Source of the DNA: Candidatus Latescibacterota bacterium
GTDB lineage: Bacteria; Latescibacterota; UBA2968; UBA8231
Assembly: GCA_965248265.1 (NCBI GenBank)
Contig: CBDFJF010000002.1
Location: 2,400,001 to 2,464,000 of the forward strand
DNA: 64,000 bases
Direction of reading: 5' to 3'
In this document: one piece after another, positions 18,439 through 28,548 of the stretch
How the letters are laid out: the number at the start of each line of letters is the position of its first letter
How positions within the stretch are numbered: position 1 is the stretch's first letter
Translations under genes and position numbers: made by a program
The notes under the pieces: model-generated
Told to the model about the DNA's origin: nothing
The model's input: only the letters and a program-made list of their open reading frames with translations
Databases searched by the model: none

Positions 18439-20154
18439 ATGAGCGCCACAAAGCGAACCTGGAACGAATCGGCCGCCACGATGGACTGGACGCCGTTTCC
18501 CGTCGGCTACGGCATCCTGCTCAACGAGCGCTACCAGTTCCCCATGGACATGGCCCTGGTGCGTATGAAGCTGGACAACAGCCGGCAGCTATTCGTCGAC
18601 AACCACGTCATAGCCCATATGGAAGGGCTCACCCGCGAAACCCACTCGACGCGAAGCCACCCGGCAAATCCCGTCTTCGCGCCTTACGATGATTTCAACA
18701 AGGGTCACGCCTTCACTCGCAACCCCGGTTTTGGAAACTCGGCGTACATCTGCCCGGACCCCGAGCACGGGTTTCGGCTCTACTACAACGGACCTGGAGG
18801 GGGAAGCGGTAGCGGATGGGCGCTGCACGTGGCTTACTCCAGCGACGGCGTCAACTGGGATCTGCCTGAGCTCAACGTCTTCGACGACCTCGACCGCAGC
18901 AGCTTCCCGGGCGGCCCGAACAACGTCGTCAGCGCCGTAGGAGAGCTGAACGGGCTCTTCTTCGAACCGGATGACCCCAACCCTGAGCGGCGATGGAAGG
19001 CCATCCACCGGCCCAAACGGCGTCCACTCAGGCACACACCCTGGCCGTACTTAAGGTTGCCTCCGGGGAACCCCGGTACCGGAGCGCCCTACGAGCTGCA
19101 CGTCTCCCCCGACGGACTTCGGTGGACCTTCGAGGCCGAGACCAATCAATGGAAAACCATTGACGCCTGGGACTCCGGTGGTGTTCACGGGCTGTATAGT
19201 CAGCTCACCGTTCATGGTGACGTCCCCCAGTATCCTCTTCTTGGCGGCGGCGACGTCTTCCGGGCCCGCTGGGACCCCATTCTGGGGAAGTACGTTGGCA
19301 ACACCAAGCATTACATTGGACCCGACCGCCGCATGTCGCCTGTCTACCACGCCGCCCGTGTCGTGGGCCAGATCGAGAGCGACGACCTGGTCCACTGGTC
19401 GGCCCCGCGCATCTACGCCTACCCCGACGGCGAGGATGCCAAGGAGCCTTTCAGCGCAATGCAGGGCATATACGAGGCGGACGGCTATCCCTACGAGAGC
19501 ATGTGGCTCAACAACTTCTCCATGTCCACTGTGACCCCGGCATCGAAAGAGGAGATTCGCGATAGGGACATGACACGGCAGTACAGCAAGAACAACTGGA
19601 TACGGCTGGCGGCCAGCCGCGACGGCCGGCACTGGTACTACTTCGGGGACCGCAAGCCGTTTATCCCGCTGCGTCCGGAGGGACGCTGGAAGGAGAAAGC
19701 CGGGGTGCCGAACAAGCCGCAGTACCTACGCGCCGTCAATCTCGCTACGACGGGCGGGCCGATCATCAAGGACGACGAGCTCTGGTTCTACTACCGCGGT
19801 GGCGGTTCCACGGGGATCGCCGTCCTGCGCCGCGACGGCTTTGCGTCCCTCAACGCCGACGAGGACGGCGGGCTGGTGTTCACGCGGCCGTTCATATTCG
19901 AAGGCGAGGGCAGGCTGCACGTCAACGCCGAGGTTTCAGCCGGCGGATACGTGCGCGCCGCGGTGGTGGATGAAGACACCGCAGAGGAACTTGGAGGCTT
20001 TACCGAACACGACAGCGTCGGGGTCACCGAGGGCTCGACGAGGGCGCCACTGTGCTGGGGAGAGCACGAATCGCTGGGCCAGTTCAAGGACCGCTACGTG
20101 AGGCTGGCCTTCCATCTCAAGAGCGCCAAGCTCTACTCCTTCTGGGTCGAGTAG
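18439..20154 (+). CDS. GH32-like beta-propeller protein (paralog 3)
   Basis: GYGILLNER, RQLFVDN, YSSDGVNW, ESDDLVHWS, LRRDGFASL, KLYSFWVE; GGGAGG RBS. Confidence 0.8.
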   Translation: MSATKRTWNESAATMDWTPFPVGYGILLNERYQFPMDMALVRMKLDNSRQLFVDNHVIAHMEGLTRETHSTRSHPANPVFAPYDDFNKGHAFTRNPGFGNSAYICPDPEHGFRLYYNGPGGGSGSGWALHVAYSSDGVNWDLPELNVFDDLDRSSFPGGPNNVVSAVGELNGLFFEPDDPNPERRWKAIHRPKRRPLRHTPWPYLRLPPGNPGTGAPYELHVSPDGLRWTFEAETNQWKTIDAWDSGGVHGLYSQLTVHGDVPQYPLLGGGDVFRARWDPILGKYVGNTKHYIGPDRRMSPVYHAARVVGQIESDDLVHWSAPRIYAYPDGEDAKEPFSAMQGIYEADGYPYESMWLNNFSMSTVTPASKEEIRDRDMTRQYSKNNWIRLAASRDGRHWYYFGDRKPFIPLRPEGRWKEKAGVPNKPQYLRAVNLATTGGPIIKDDELWFYYRGGGSTGIAVLRRDGFASLNADEDGGLVFTRPFIFEGEGRLHVNAEVSAGGYVRAAVVDEDTAEELGGFTEHDSVGVTEGSTRAPLCWGEHESLGQFKDRYVRLAFHLKSAKLYSFWVE

Positions 20155-20259
20155 CTTGGACTGAAAGCCGGGAACCGAGCGGACCGATGTGGCCCTACGC
20201 GGCGACATGGGAGTATTATCCCGGCGGGCCGTTGGGTCACACATGAGAGGCGCGGATAT

Positions 20260-20994
20260 ATGACTTCGCCGACCAAATCTGCAACCCTGAAGAAGCGAAT
20301 ACACAGCGGAGAGACGGTAATTGGGGTCTCTGCGCCGCTGACCCTGGAGCGCGGCAGCCTCGAGACCCTGATGGAGAAGGGGCCCTATGACTTCGTCTCG
20401 GTCGACAGCCAGCACAACCCGCACAACGAGGAGCGCCTGGTCGCTTTCTGCGAGATGGCTGCTGAGATTGGGGTCCATGTCCAGTTCCGCATCAAGCACA
20501 CCCGACACACGTACCTGGTGGGGAACTATCTCGACCTTGGGCCAGCGGGGGTCGAGATACCGCAGGTGGAGTCCGAGGAGACGGCCGCAGAGGCCGTCGC
20601 CAACTTCTACTACCCTGAGACTGGCGTGCGGAGCTGGGGCGGGAGTAAGCGCCTGGGAATCGGGGGCTGGGCCGAGCCCCGCGAGTATGCGAGGTGGTGG
20701 GCCGAGACCGGGGTCCTGTGGTTACAGGTGGAGTCGGTGGAGTCGGTCACAAAGGTACGCAAGCTGGCCATGCCCGGGGTCGACTGCATCTCCTTCGGCC
20801 CAAGGGACCTGATCTTCAGCCTGGATGCCCACCCCAATCATCCGTTCAAGACCGTAGACGACTGCGTTCGCCACGTCGCTCAGGAGCTTGAAGGCAGCGA
20901 CGTCGCCGTTTGCTACAGGAACAACAGACCCGACACCCGGCAACAATACATCGACATGGGCGTCACCGTCTTGCTGGAAGTCGGCCGAATCTAA
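20260..20994 (+). CDS. HpcH/HpaI aldolase family protein
   Basis: DFVSVDSQH, LDLGP.GV..PQVES, YP..G.RSWG, QVES, GPRDL. Confidence 0.85.
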   Translation: MTSPTKSATLKKRIHSGETVIGVSAPLTLERGSLETLMEKGPYDFVSVDSQHNPHNEERLVAFCEMAAEIGVHVQFRIKHTRHTYLVGNYLDLGPAGVEIPQVESEETAAEAVANFYYPETGVRSWGGSKRLGIGGWAEPREYARWWAETGVLWLQVESVESVTKVRKLAMPGVDCISFGPRDLIFSLDAHPNHPFKTVDDCVRHVAQELEGSDVAVCYRNNRPDTRQQYIDMGVTVLLEVGRI

Positions 20995-21071
20995 GACCGG
21001 GGCTGGAGCGGCCGGCGCACTGGTGATCTCAAGCGTCATACTATCGGAACAACCTAAGGAGGTGACTGACC

Positions 21072-22295
21072 GTGAACGATGATTTCAGAAAAAGGGTAGC
21101 CTTGACGTTGCCAGATGAGACGCTCTTTCTCCATACCGGCACCGATGCGGCGAGTATCAAGGAGCTCAAGGACGGGCGGCTCCTGAACATTACGGGGGGA
21201 TTGGAGAAGCAGGTGTCCGAAGACGGGGGCGACGTGTGGAGCGGACCTGAGGCGTTGACCGACGACTCGGGAAAGCAGATCGAGGGTAGCTCGGCCAACC
21301 TGGTGATCTTGAAGTCAGGTGCCCTGGGTGTGCTGTACGGCTTTACCCCAAAGGACGAGGTAGGCAGACCCGTCTGGTTCATCCGCTCTGAAGACGAAGG
21401 GGAAAGCTGGTCCGATCCGGTGAGGGTATCTGAGCCCTTGGTGAAGGCAGCCGCGTGGAACGACACCGCTATCGTCACAAGCACGGGACGCATAGTTCTC
21501 CCTGTCTACTACTTCATAGGACAGAGGCACATTATTCCGGAAGGTGTGTCAAGAGCGATAGGCCTTTTTGGCGATGAATGGGCTACGGTAGGTGGCCACG
21601 GGTACGAAAACATCATAGATGTGACCTGGGTGTACTATTCGGACGATGAGGGGCAGACGTGGCGCAGAAACGAGGACGGGGAAATGATAGTGACGATTGA
21701 CTACAGCGAGGGAGGCCACTTTTCTTGCGAGGAGTCCGTCGTCGCCGAGGTGAGCCCCGAACATCTGCTGATGGTCCACAGGACCCACCTGGGGCGGCTG
21801 TATCAGAGCTGGTCCGATAATGACGGGACCACGTGGACTCATCCCGAACCTACAACCCTGGCCTCCTCGAGATCACCTGCCTGTTTGAACCGCATTCCCG
21901 GAACGGATGATCTCTTGATCCTATGGAACCAGGCGTCCGCAGACGAAATCCAGCGCGGGAGGCAGAGGCACCGATTGACGTCGGCCATCAGCCAGAACGG
22001 AGGCGCCACGTGGAAACTCAGGAAGAACGTCGGAGCCCTCGACGGCGATGACACCACCTATATTGAGCCGCCTCCGATCAAATCGTACAGAGCCGCGAAT
22101 TATGTGTCGAGGTTGCCCCCTGATGACAGAGTCATGGACTACCCCTCCGTGTCCTTTTGGAAAGACAGGGTAATCATCAACACAAAATTCAAGGAGAGGG
22201 GACCGGATATCGACATCCAGCCACGGGGAAAGGGCGTGCGAACGATGATTACCCTGGGCTTGCCCCTTCAGTGGTTCTACGAAGCAAAAGGCTGA
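21072..22295 (+). CDS. Sialidase-like BNR/Asp-box protein
   Basis: Asp boxes SEDGGDVW, SEDEGESW, SDDEGQTW, SDNDGTTW, SQNGGATW; DYPS. Confidence 0.85.
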   Translation: MNDDFRKRVALTLPDETLFLHTGTDAASIKELKDGRLLNITGGLEKQVSEDGGDVWSGPEALTDDSGKQIEGSSANLVILKSGALGVLYGFTPKDEVGRPVWFIRSEDEGESWSDPVRVSEPLVKAAAWNDTAIVTSTGRIVLPVYYFIGQRHIIPEGVSRAIGLFGDEWATVGGHGYENIIDVTWVYYSDDEGQTWRRNEDGEMIVTIDYSEGGHFSCEESVVAEVSPEHLLMVHRTHLGRLYQSWSDNDGTTWTHPEPTTLASSRSPACLNRIPGTDDLLILWNQASADEIQRGRQRHRLTSAISQNGGATWKLRKNVGALDGDDTTYIEPPPIKSYRAANYVSRLPPDDRVMDYPSVSFWKDRVIINTKFKERGPDIDIQPRGKGVRTMITLGLPLQWFYEAKG

Positions 22296-22379
22296 CTTCC
22301 TATCGCCGATTCAATCGAATCTCGGGCGCAGGACCTGTTCGGAGACCGGGCATGGATCCTTCACTTCGTCATGTTAGCA

Positions 22380-22540
22380 GAGAGAGACGAATCAAAGGAG
22401 CCATCACGTTCGGTTTATCGGACTAAGGGCCTGCATGGTTCGACGAATACACGCTGGAATCCGCCAGGCGAATTCCGCTCTTGCTGCTGCATGGAGAGCA
22501 CGACGAATGGGCTCCAGTCGCTCTCTCGGAGCGAGCCCGC
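22380..22540 (+). pseudogene. Alpha/beta-hydrolase C-terminal fragment truncated at site A3
   Basis: RIKGAITFG..stop..IPLLLLHGEHDEWAPVALSER; in-frame stop, ends at repeat boundary. Confidence 0.6.
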
Positions 22541-22618
22541 GCGCTTAGTGAGGATAAAATAGGTTATCGTTACTCAGTCAGGCGTTATTTTGGCAATTTG
22601 CCAGCGTTGATGGCGGTT
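22541..22618. repeat. About 80-bp repeat copy 2 with intact dif-like site A3 (22547-22574)
   Basis: GCGCTT AGTGAGGATAA AATAGG TTATCGTTACT CAGTCAGGCGTTATTTTGGCAATTTGCCAGCGTTGATGGCGGTT; arms 9/11 inverted. Confidence 0.9.
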
Positions 22619-23072
22619 GCTGAGGCTACGAACAGTGTCCTCGGGAGCCGCTCTGAGCGAAACGGGCGTTTTCAGCGACAATGGTGGTGGGAAGCATTCC
22701 CAGGCAACGAACACGGAGAACCATACGGTGCCGGTCAGCCACCCGGAGCCGATGAACCCCAGCGGATGGATGCGCCACAGTCCCTGATGGAAATCACCAA
22801 CAAGGGCCTTTGTACACCCTCCGTAAATCTTGTCTTGGTGAGTCCCCAACTTACGAAACCCCGTATTCCCGCTGGAGCGATGCCGCAGGCTCACCGTGCC
22901 TCTGTCGGTGCGATTCTCCACAACCTGACCATACCTCCCGATGTCGGGGCGGTTTCCGACCGTCATCCTACGTGGTATATTGCCAGTGTTGACACCGTTG
23001 GCGGGGCATTTCGCCTCGCTTTTGAGCAGTGTCTTCGCAAACCGGCCCTCTGGCACCTCAAGGAGAATCGCC

Positions 23073-24092
23073 ATGATAGATGGGATCTTCGTATTCGACA
23101 ACGTTGTGCACATGTTCAACGCCGACGAGGAGCAGATCGTCGAGCCGCATGGGCCCGACGCCCAGGAGCATTGGTTGGCGTTGACAAGTGCGGGGCGGCC
23201 GAGTGGAGACAACGAACGCTACGGCGGAGAAACGTCGAAGTATGCGTTTGCCAAGGAGTGGACGATTGAGAAGGCGTGGCAGATGGTATTCCGAGATTCC
23301 GGCACCGACATCGCCATGGCGCAGACGGTAACGCTGTGGGACTTCTGGAGGGATGGACTTTCGTCGGTGGAAACACAGTACGAGCTGCACAAGGCCTATC
23401 CCGACCGGGTGCTCTTCTGCGGCGGTGTCGACCCTGGATATCAAAGCCTCGAGGACTGCCTGAAACAGACCGAGTTTCAGATCGAGGAGTGGGGCGCGAC
23501 GTCTATGAAGTTCTATAACGCACACATGGACGGCAAGACGTGGCCTTGCGACGACCACAAGCTGGCCTACCCGATATACGAGAAGTCGATGGAGCTGGGC
23601 GTGAACCTACTCCAGTTCCATAAGGGTGTCCCCCTCGGTCCCGCGAAGGTCGAGGATACGAGGCCGAATGATCTGCAAACGGTGGCGGCCGACTTCAGGG
23701 AAGCCAACATTGTCATCCATCATCTCTCGATGCCTTACTTCGACGAGACTGTCTCGATAGCTGCCCGCTTCCCCAACATCTACCTCGCCCTCTCTGGGAA
23801 TCTACATGAGCTGCTGTTCGCGCCCCGCGCCGCGCAGGAGTTCATGGGGCGTCTTCTAAGAGATGTCGGAGCTCACAAGCTGCTGTGGGGCTCTGAGGCT
23901 CCCGTGATGGGATGTCCGCAGCCCGTGCTCGAGCACTTTATGGCTCTCGAGATTCCTGAAGACCTGCGCCGCGGTTACGGTTATCCCCAGATCACGAGAG
24001 AGGACAAGGAGATGATCCTGGGAGCGAACATGGCGCGGCTCACAGGTCTTGACATCGAGGCGAAGAAAAAGGAGCTAGGGCTAGCGGCATGA
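23073..24092 (+). CDS. Amidohydrolase family protein (Amidohydro_2-like)
   Basis: FDNVVH, KFY, QFHKG, HHLSMP, LLWGSE, ILGAN.ARL; AGGAG RBS. Confidence 0.85.
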   Translation: MIDGIFVFDNVVHMFNADEEQIVEPHGPDAQEHWLALTSAGRPSGDNERYGGETSKYAFAKEWTIEKAWQMVFRDSGTDIAMAQTVTLWDFWRDGLSSVETQYELHKAYPDRVLFCGGVDPGYQSLEDCLKQTEFQIEEWGATSMKFYNAHMDGKTWPCDDHKLAYPIYEKSMELGVNLLQFHKGVPLGPAKVEDTRPNDLQTVAADFREANIVIHHLSMPYFDETVSIAARFPNIYLALSGNLHELLFAPRAAQEFMGRLLRDVGAHKLLWGSEAPVMGCPQPVLEHFMALEIPEDLRRGYGYPQITREDKEMILGANMARLTGLDIEAKKKELGLAA

Positions 24093-24159
24093 CGTCGTTC
24101 CACTCGCCAGCTTTTCTCCTCAGGTGGGGTCCTGAGAACGTGAGCACGTGACGTCCGGT

Positions 24160-24471
24160 ATGAACCAGGAAGACATCGTCAGCGCCGTGGAGCGCAAGCT
24201 TGACGCCGAGATCCGTCCTCTCCTTCAGTTCCATGGTGGGGACGCTCGTGCGGAGAAGATCACACACGAAGGCGTGGTCCATCTCGAATACTTCGGCGCT
24301 TGTCATGGTTGTTTCTTGCAGCCTGCGACACACTTCGCGACAGTACGCCTGCGCCTGCTTCAAGTGCCCGGTGTCACCGACGTCGTGACCCGGGGGGTTC
24401 GTCTGTCAGAGGAGGCGGTTCACCGAATCGCAAAGGCGTACGCAGGCGTTCCTGGTTCGGCATGCCTTTGA
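24160..24471 (+). CDS. NifU/Nfu-like domain protein
   Basis: IRPLLQFHGGD...GACHGC (CxxC). Confidence 0.8.
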   Translation: MNQEDIVSAVERKLDAEIRPLLQFHGGDARAEKITHEGVVHLEYFGACHGCFLQPATHFATVRLRLLQVPGVTDVVTRGVRLSEEAVHRIAKAYAGVPGSACL

Positions 24472-24525
24472 TGCGCCCCCGCTTCTCGACTGCGAATATG
24501 CGGTCGGTCCATCTCCGGGTGCACA

Positions 24526-25302
24526 TCACGCCGTCAACCCGTCCAGCTCGATCATCTCCTCTTGAGTCAGCTCCCAATTGAACAGATCCAGATTCTCCCG
24601 GAGGTGATCTTCCGAGCTCGCCTTGGGGATGACGATGACCTCTTTCTGGACCAGCCATCTCAGCGCCACCTGAATCGGCGTCTTGCCGTGATATTGGGCG
24701 ATCGCTCGAATTGCGCTAGAGTCCGCGACGCGGCCCCTTTCCAGCGGGGTGTACGCTGTCACCACCACGCCCCTCTCCTGGCAGTGCTCTCGCAGCTTTT
24801 CTTCTTGGCTGTGAAGGTTGTATCTGATCTGATTGACGGTGATCTGGACCCGACTGATACGTCGGGCCTCGTCGACCAAGCTCTCGGAGAAGTTGCTCAC
24901 GCCGATTACGCGAGTCTTTCCCTCTTCTTGCAGCTGGGCAAAAACGTCTAGCGTCTCCTCGAGCGACACGGTCGCGGGGGGCCAGTGGATGAGAAGCAGG
25001 TCGACGTACTCGAAGCCGAGCTGATCGAGATTTTCCTGGTGTTGAGTCAGAGCAGCGGTCTTGCTCAGTTGATCGCGCCAGATCTTACTGGTCAAAAAAA
25101 TCTCGTCATACGGGACACCGCTCGCCCGGATCCCCTCCCCAACCTCGCGCTGATTCTCGTATCGCCAGGCTGTGTCGATGTGACGGTACCCCATCGTGAG
25201 TGCCGCCTCGACCGACGCCACGCAACGAGGGCCGCGCAACTGAAAGGTGCCGAGGCCGAGCATCGGCATGTCGTGGCCAGTGCTTAGTTGGACTGCGTGC
25301 AC
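24526..25302 (-). CDS. Aldo/keto reductase (2,5-DKG reductase-like)
   Basis: MPMLGLGT, IDTAWRY, TSKIW, DLLLIHWP, GVSNF, IPKAS. Confidence 0.92.
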   Translation of the reverse strand: MHAVQLSTGHDMPMLGLGTFQLRGPRCVASVEAALTMGYRHIDTAWRYENQREVGEGIRASGVPYDEIFLTSKIWRDQLSKTAALTQHQENLDQLGFEYVDLLLIHWPPATVSLEETLDVFAQLQEEGKTRVIGVSNFSESLVDEARRISRVQITVNQIRYNLHSQEEKLREHCQERGVVVTAYTPLERGRVADSSAIRAIAQYHGKTPIQVALRWLVQKEVIVIPKASSEDHLRENLDLFNWELTQEEMIELDGLTA

Positions 25303-25313
25303 AACGCCGCCTT

Positions 25314-25371
25314 ATAGAAGATCAGCGACCAAAATCGATACTTTGTCAAGATGCTGGCGCGGGTGTGTAGG
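25314..25371. repeat. Degenerate copy (A4) of site A5 and its flank
   Basis: ATAGAAGATCAGCGACCAAAATCGATACTTTGTCAAGATGCTGGCGCGGGTGTGTAGG aligns with 27691-27748 ATAGACACGATAAGCGGCCATTATCGATATTTTGTCAACGTGCTGGCGTGTGTGTAGG. Confidence 0.7.
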
Positions 25372-26329
25372 TACTGACCCTGGTGACAGCCTGAATCAGC
25401 GCGGTGATGTAGCCGTACTGAAAGGCGAACTTCTGGCTCACCCGGTTGGATACGCCCTCCGGCGCCACGTCGTCGGGATGGCTCGGCGCGTGGTCGGGCA
25501 TCAACATGTAGGGATAGCCCGTGGCGTGAAAAATTCGCGCGAGGCCGTACATGTCGACGTCGCCTTCGTCCGGCCACACTTCGACGAAGTCGTGCAAGCC
25601 ACCGCGAATATTGCGGAAGTGGACATTGAAGATTTTCTTGCGCTCCGAGAAGTACTGGACGATCTCTGGCAGCTCCTGCGCGGGATTCTCCAGTCCTTCA
25701 GACGCCACGCCGCAGCAGAAGTTGAACCCGTGGTATGGGCTGTCGACGAGCTCGCTGAACCGCTTCAAACCCTCGAACACGGGCCAGTTCCAGCGTTCGA
25801 CGCCGTTGAGGACGGGAGCCGGCGGGTCGGGCAGGTGACAAGCCATCTGCACTTCGTATTCCTCGGCGACGGGAATCACTCTCTCCAACCAATAGGCCGC
25901 TCGTTCGAAGGCCTCGTCCCTGCTGACGACGCCCGCTTCTGACAGTGTGTCGTTGTCGAATTTGTCCAACTCGAACGAGCTGTACGACGACCCTCCGCGT
26001 CCCGGCCGGCGCTCCGTGCGTTGATGGCCCAGGATGCAGAAGTTGTAGTTCAGGCCACGCAAGCCCGCTCTGCCCGCGTTCTCGATCAAGCCGCATACCG
26101 TGTCCAGATCCCGGTCGCGCTGCGGATCCTGGGCGAGGGTGATGCTCCTGGGCAAATCGATATGGATCGTCTCCAACTCCACGCCCTCGGCCGCAGCTTC
26201 TTCTCGGTGCCGCGTCAGCGTCTCGACATCCGTGCCGTCGACTACCGCGTCCATGTGTGTGACGCCGTGGCGAACCAGAAACTCCAGCTCCATCTTCGAC
26301 GTTCCTATGCCCTGTGTACCTACGTACAT
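25346..26329 (-). CDS. uxuA: Mannonate dehydratase family protein
   Basis: YNF, LERVIPVAEE..V.MACH..DPP, FCCG, VHFRN, EGDVDM, MPDH. Confidence 0.85.
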   Translation of the reverse strand: MYVGTQGIGTSKMELEFLVRHGVTHMDAVVDGTDVETLTRHREEAAAEGVELETIHIDLPRSITLAQDPQRDRDLDTVCGLIENAGRAGLRGLNYNFCILGHQRTERRPGRGGSSYSSFELDKFDNDTLSEAGVVSRDEAFERAAYWLERVIPVAEEYEVQMACHLPDPPAPVLNGVERWNWPVFEGLKRFSELVDSPYHGFNFCCGVASEGLENPAQELPEIVQYFSERKKIFNVHFRNIRGGLHDFVEVWPDEGDVDMYGLARIFHATGYPYMLMPDHAPSHPDDVAPEGVSNRVSQKFAFQYGYITALIQAVTRVSTYTPAPAS

Positions 26330-26369
26330 CGTTCATTCCTTTCACTCTTGCGGCTTGTGTTAACCGCGG

Positions 26370-27473
26370 TCACTGCCCCGCCGCCCTCAACCGGTCGCGA
26401 ATCGACTCACCCGTCATGCCGACCCTGGCGATGTCGATGCTCAGCGCGACGTCGTGTCTCGCGTCCTGCAGCGTGGAGCGGCACTCCGTGCCATTCACAA
26501 TGCAGTCGTGAAAGTGTCTGAGCTCCGCAATGAATGCGCTCTCCCAGGGAATCGTCGGCTCCTTGCGAAAACTCATGCCGTTCTCTTCGTCGATCCCCTG
26601 GACGACCAGCTCGGACAGCACTCGTCGTGAGAATCCGGTGCAGTAGGACAGCAGGACGCGCTTGCTGTCGCCATACACTTCCAGCGTCTCCCTGAAGTCC
26701 CACAGGTCCACCAAATCCACGTGTGACAGGACACAACGAGCGCCGTTGGGAAACTCCAGCACCGTGTTGATGTCGCGATTTCCGTGCCAGATCTCAGTGC
26801 TGATGACGGCGCTCGGCACTCCCAGCATCGTGCGCAGGCTGTAGAGATCGTGGATCAAGCCGAAGGCGACGCCGTAGCGCTGTGCTTCCTCGGCCAGCGC
26901 GCCGAAGGCCTCCTCCCTGCGCGCCGACGACGCTTCTTGGCGCGCTTCGACAGCCGACGTCGGCACGTCGTCGAAGTAGCGCAGCCGGAACTGCGCCAGA
27001 TGCAGCTTGTTGTGGGGGTGCAGGTGATTGATCTGGACGAAGTGGTAGTCGTCCATGGCGTCGATCTCTTGTGCCGCCATCAGAAAGGCCGGATCGTAGA
27101 TCTTCATATACGCCGCCTGCCCCACTTTCCCCGCCATCTCCTGCGCCGCGACCATGCGGTCGATCTCCTGCAGCGAGCGAGCGACGGGCTTTTCCACCAG
27201 GACGTGCTTTCCTGCCGCGAACGCCGCGACCACGGTCTCTTGATTGCCGCCGCTGTGGCACAGCAGCACGGCGTCGATATCCTCGTCCAACAACGCGTGA
27301 AAATCGCTGACGTGGTTAGGGACCTTGAAGCGCCTCGCCGCATACCCGGCCAATGCGGCCGAAATATCGCAGACGACGACCACTTCGAACTCCTCGTCGA
27401 GCTCGAGCAGATTGGGCAGGTGCTGCACTTGCGCGACAGCACCGCAGCCTACGACTCCAATTCGCACTGCCAT
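26370..27473 (-). CDS. Gfo/Idh/MocA oxidoreductase
   Basis: RIGVVGCGAVA, GKHVLVEKP, IHD. Confidence 0.9.
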   Translation of the reverse strand: MAVRIGVVGCGAVAQVQHLPNLLELDEEFEVVVVCDISAALAGYAARRFKVPNHVSDFHALLDEDIDAVLLCHSGGNQETVVAAFAAGKHVLVEKPVARSLQEIDRMVAAQEMAGKVGQAAYMKIYDPAFLMAAQEIDAMDDYHFVQINHLHPHNKLHLAQFRLRYFDDVPTSAVEARQEASSARREEAFGALAEEAQRYGVAFGLIHDLYSLRTMLGVPSAVISTEIWHGNRDINTVLEFPNGARCVLSHVDLVDLWDFRETLEVYGDSKRVLLSYCTGFSRRVLSELVVQGIDEENGMSFRKEPTIPWESAFIAELRHFHDCIVNGTECRSTLQDARHDVALSIDIARVGMTGESIRDRLRAAGQ

Positions 27474-27686
27474 TCTGTCGTTCCTCTGCTACTTTCGGTG
27501 AACGTTGAGGACACCGATGCGCGGCACGAGCGCGTTCCCTTCGTCTGTCAGATCGAACGAGCGCCCGTACGTCTCGAGCAACGGCTCCCACATGTTTTCG
27601 CGGTCAAGGACAGATAATAGTGCGTCTCGGCATCTTATCGAAATGAATCCCTCGGCGTAGACGCAGTTGCCGTATGCCGTAGGCAA

Positions 27687-27727
27687 ACGGATAGACACGA
27701 TAAGCGGCCATTATCGATATTTTGTCA
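27687..27727. repeat. dif-like site A5
   Basis: ACGGAT AGACACGATAA GCGGCCA TTATCGATATT TTGTCA. Confidence 0.75.
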
Positions 27728-27870
27728 ACGTGCTGGCGTGTGTGTAGGGGTGACTGCTCGGCAGACCTGGCCAAAGGATAGTTTGGAGTGCGTGACGAAC
27801 TCTACGCGTTTCAATTCGGCTACCCACCCATGCAGTATCGGTCTGTTGCTGCGCAGCGGATCCGGGTCGG

Positions 27871-28055
27871 CTATCCGTTTTGCGCCTCTGTCAGGACCTC
27901 TTCGATGATTTTCAGAGTGCCGGCGACGTTGGGCTGACTCCTGCGAGATGTCCATGGCCGCCACGACTTCGGCGTCGTCTGTTGGCTCCAGCTTCTGGCG
28001 TGCGAACGGTCCATGGCGCCGCAGCCGATGAGGCGACAACGTAGCGGATATCCCC
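27871..28055 (-). pseudogene. Frameshifted, internally deleted Gfo/Idh/MocA relic
   Basis: LRCRLIGCGAMDRSHARSW / DAEVVAAMDISQESA / TLKIIEEV-stop, spread over more than one frame. Confidence 0.55.
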
Positions 28056-28499
28056 AGTCGAGGAGACATTGACGGAGAAGCCGATGTTCAGGGTCACCGC
28101 CCAGCAGCACGTGACGACCAACAAACAATCCGGCAATAGCTGGAGTCGATTGAGCGTTGGCCAGGGCAAAACCGTGATGGCCCTGCCGCCCTCACCGAAC
28201 CCCGCTCGATCCAGCGCCACCTGCAGGGCGTTGGCCTGCCCGCACGGGCACCACCAATCGCACAGGCACGGCCATCCCAGCAGTCCGAGTTCGAATACGC
28301 CGCCTGATTCGAGCGGGTACCGTCCTGATCCGACGGGATCGATGCGCCTGAATCGACCCTGCGGGTCTGCAAAACCGCCGAAAATCTATCCTTAGCCCCG
28401 AAGCCAAGTTCGTCATACCAGCCGGCTCCGCGAAACACGCATTCCGTCCCTCACAAAATCCCCAGATTCCATTCGACACCAAGGTCCTGAGGGTTCTAA

Positions 28500-28533
28500 A
28501 CTATCTATAATGCTGCTTATCGTGCCTAACCGT
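28500..28533. repeat. dif-like site B2
   Basis: ACTATCTATAA TGCTGC TTATCGTGCCT AACCGT; upstream 50 bp resembles that of B4. Confidence 0.75.
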
Positions 28534-28548
28534 GAGGCACAAAAACTT

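Noticed and set aside
22399-22430. TTTATCGGACTAAGGGC as another dif-like site
   Set aside because: The left arm is missing and it lies inside the hydrolase pseudogene reading frame.
22481-23269. 262-aa ORF and other ORFs containing LSEDKIG/LSEDKMG
   Set aside because: Chimeric read-through of the non-coding repeat, not a protein family.
27687-27727. Class A sites as sigma70 promoters (TTGAC on the minus strand)
   Set aside because: No consistent -10 hexamer at 16-18 bp across copies, and several face gene fragments rather than starts.
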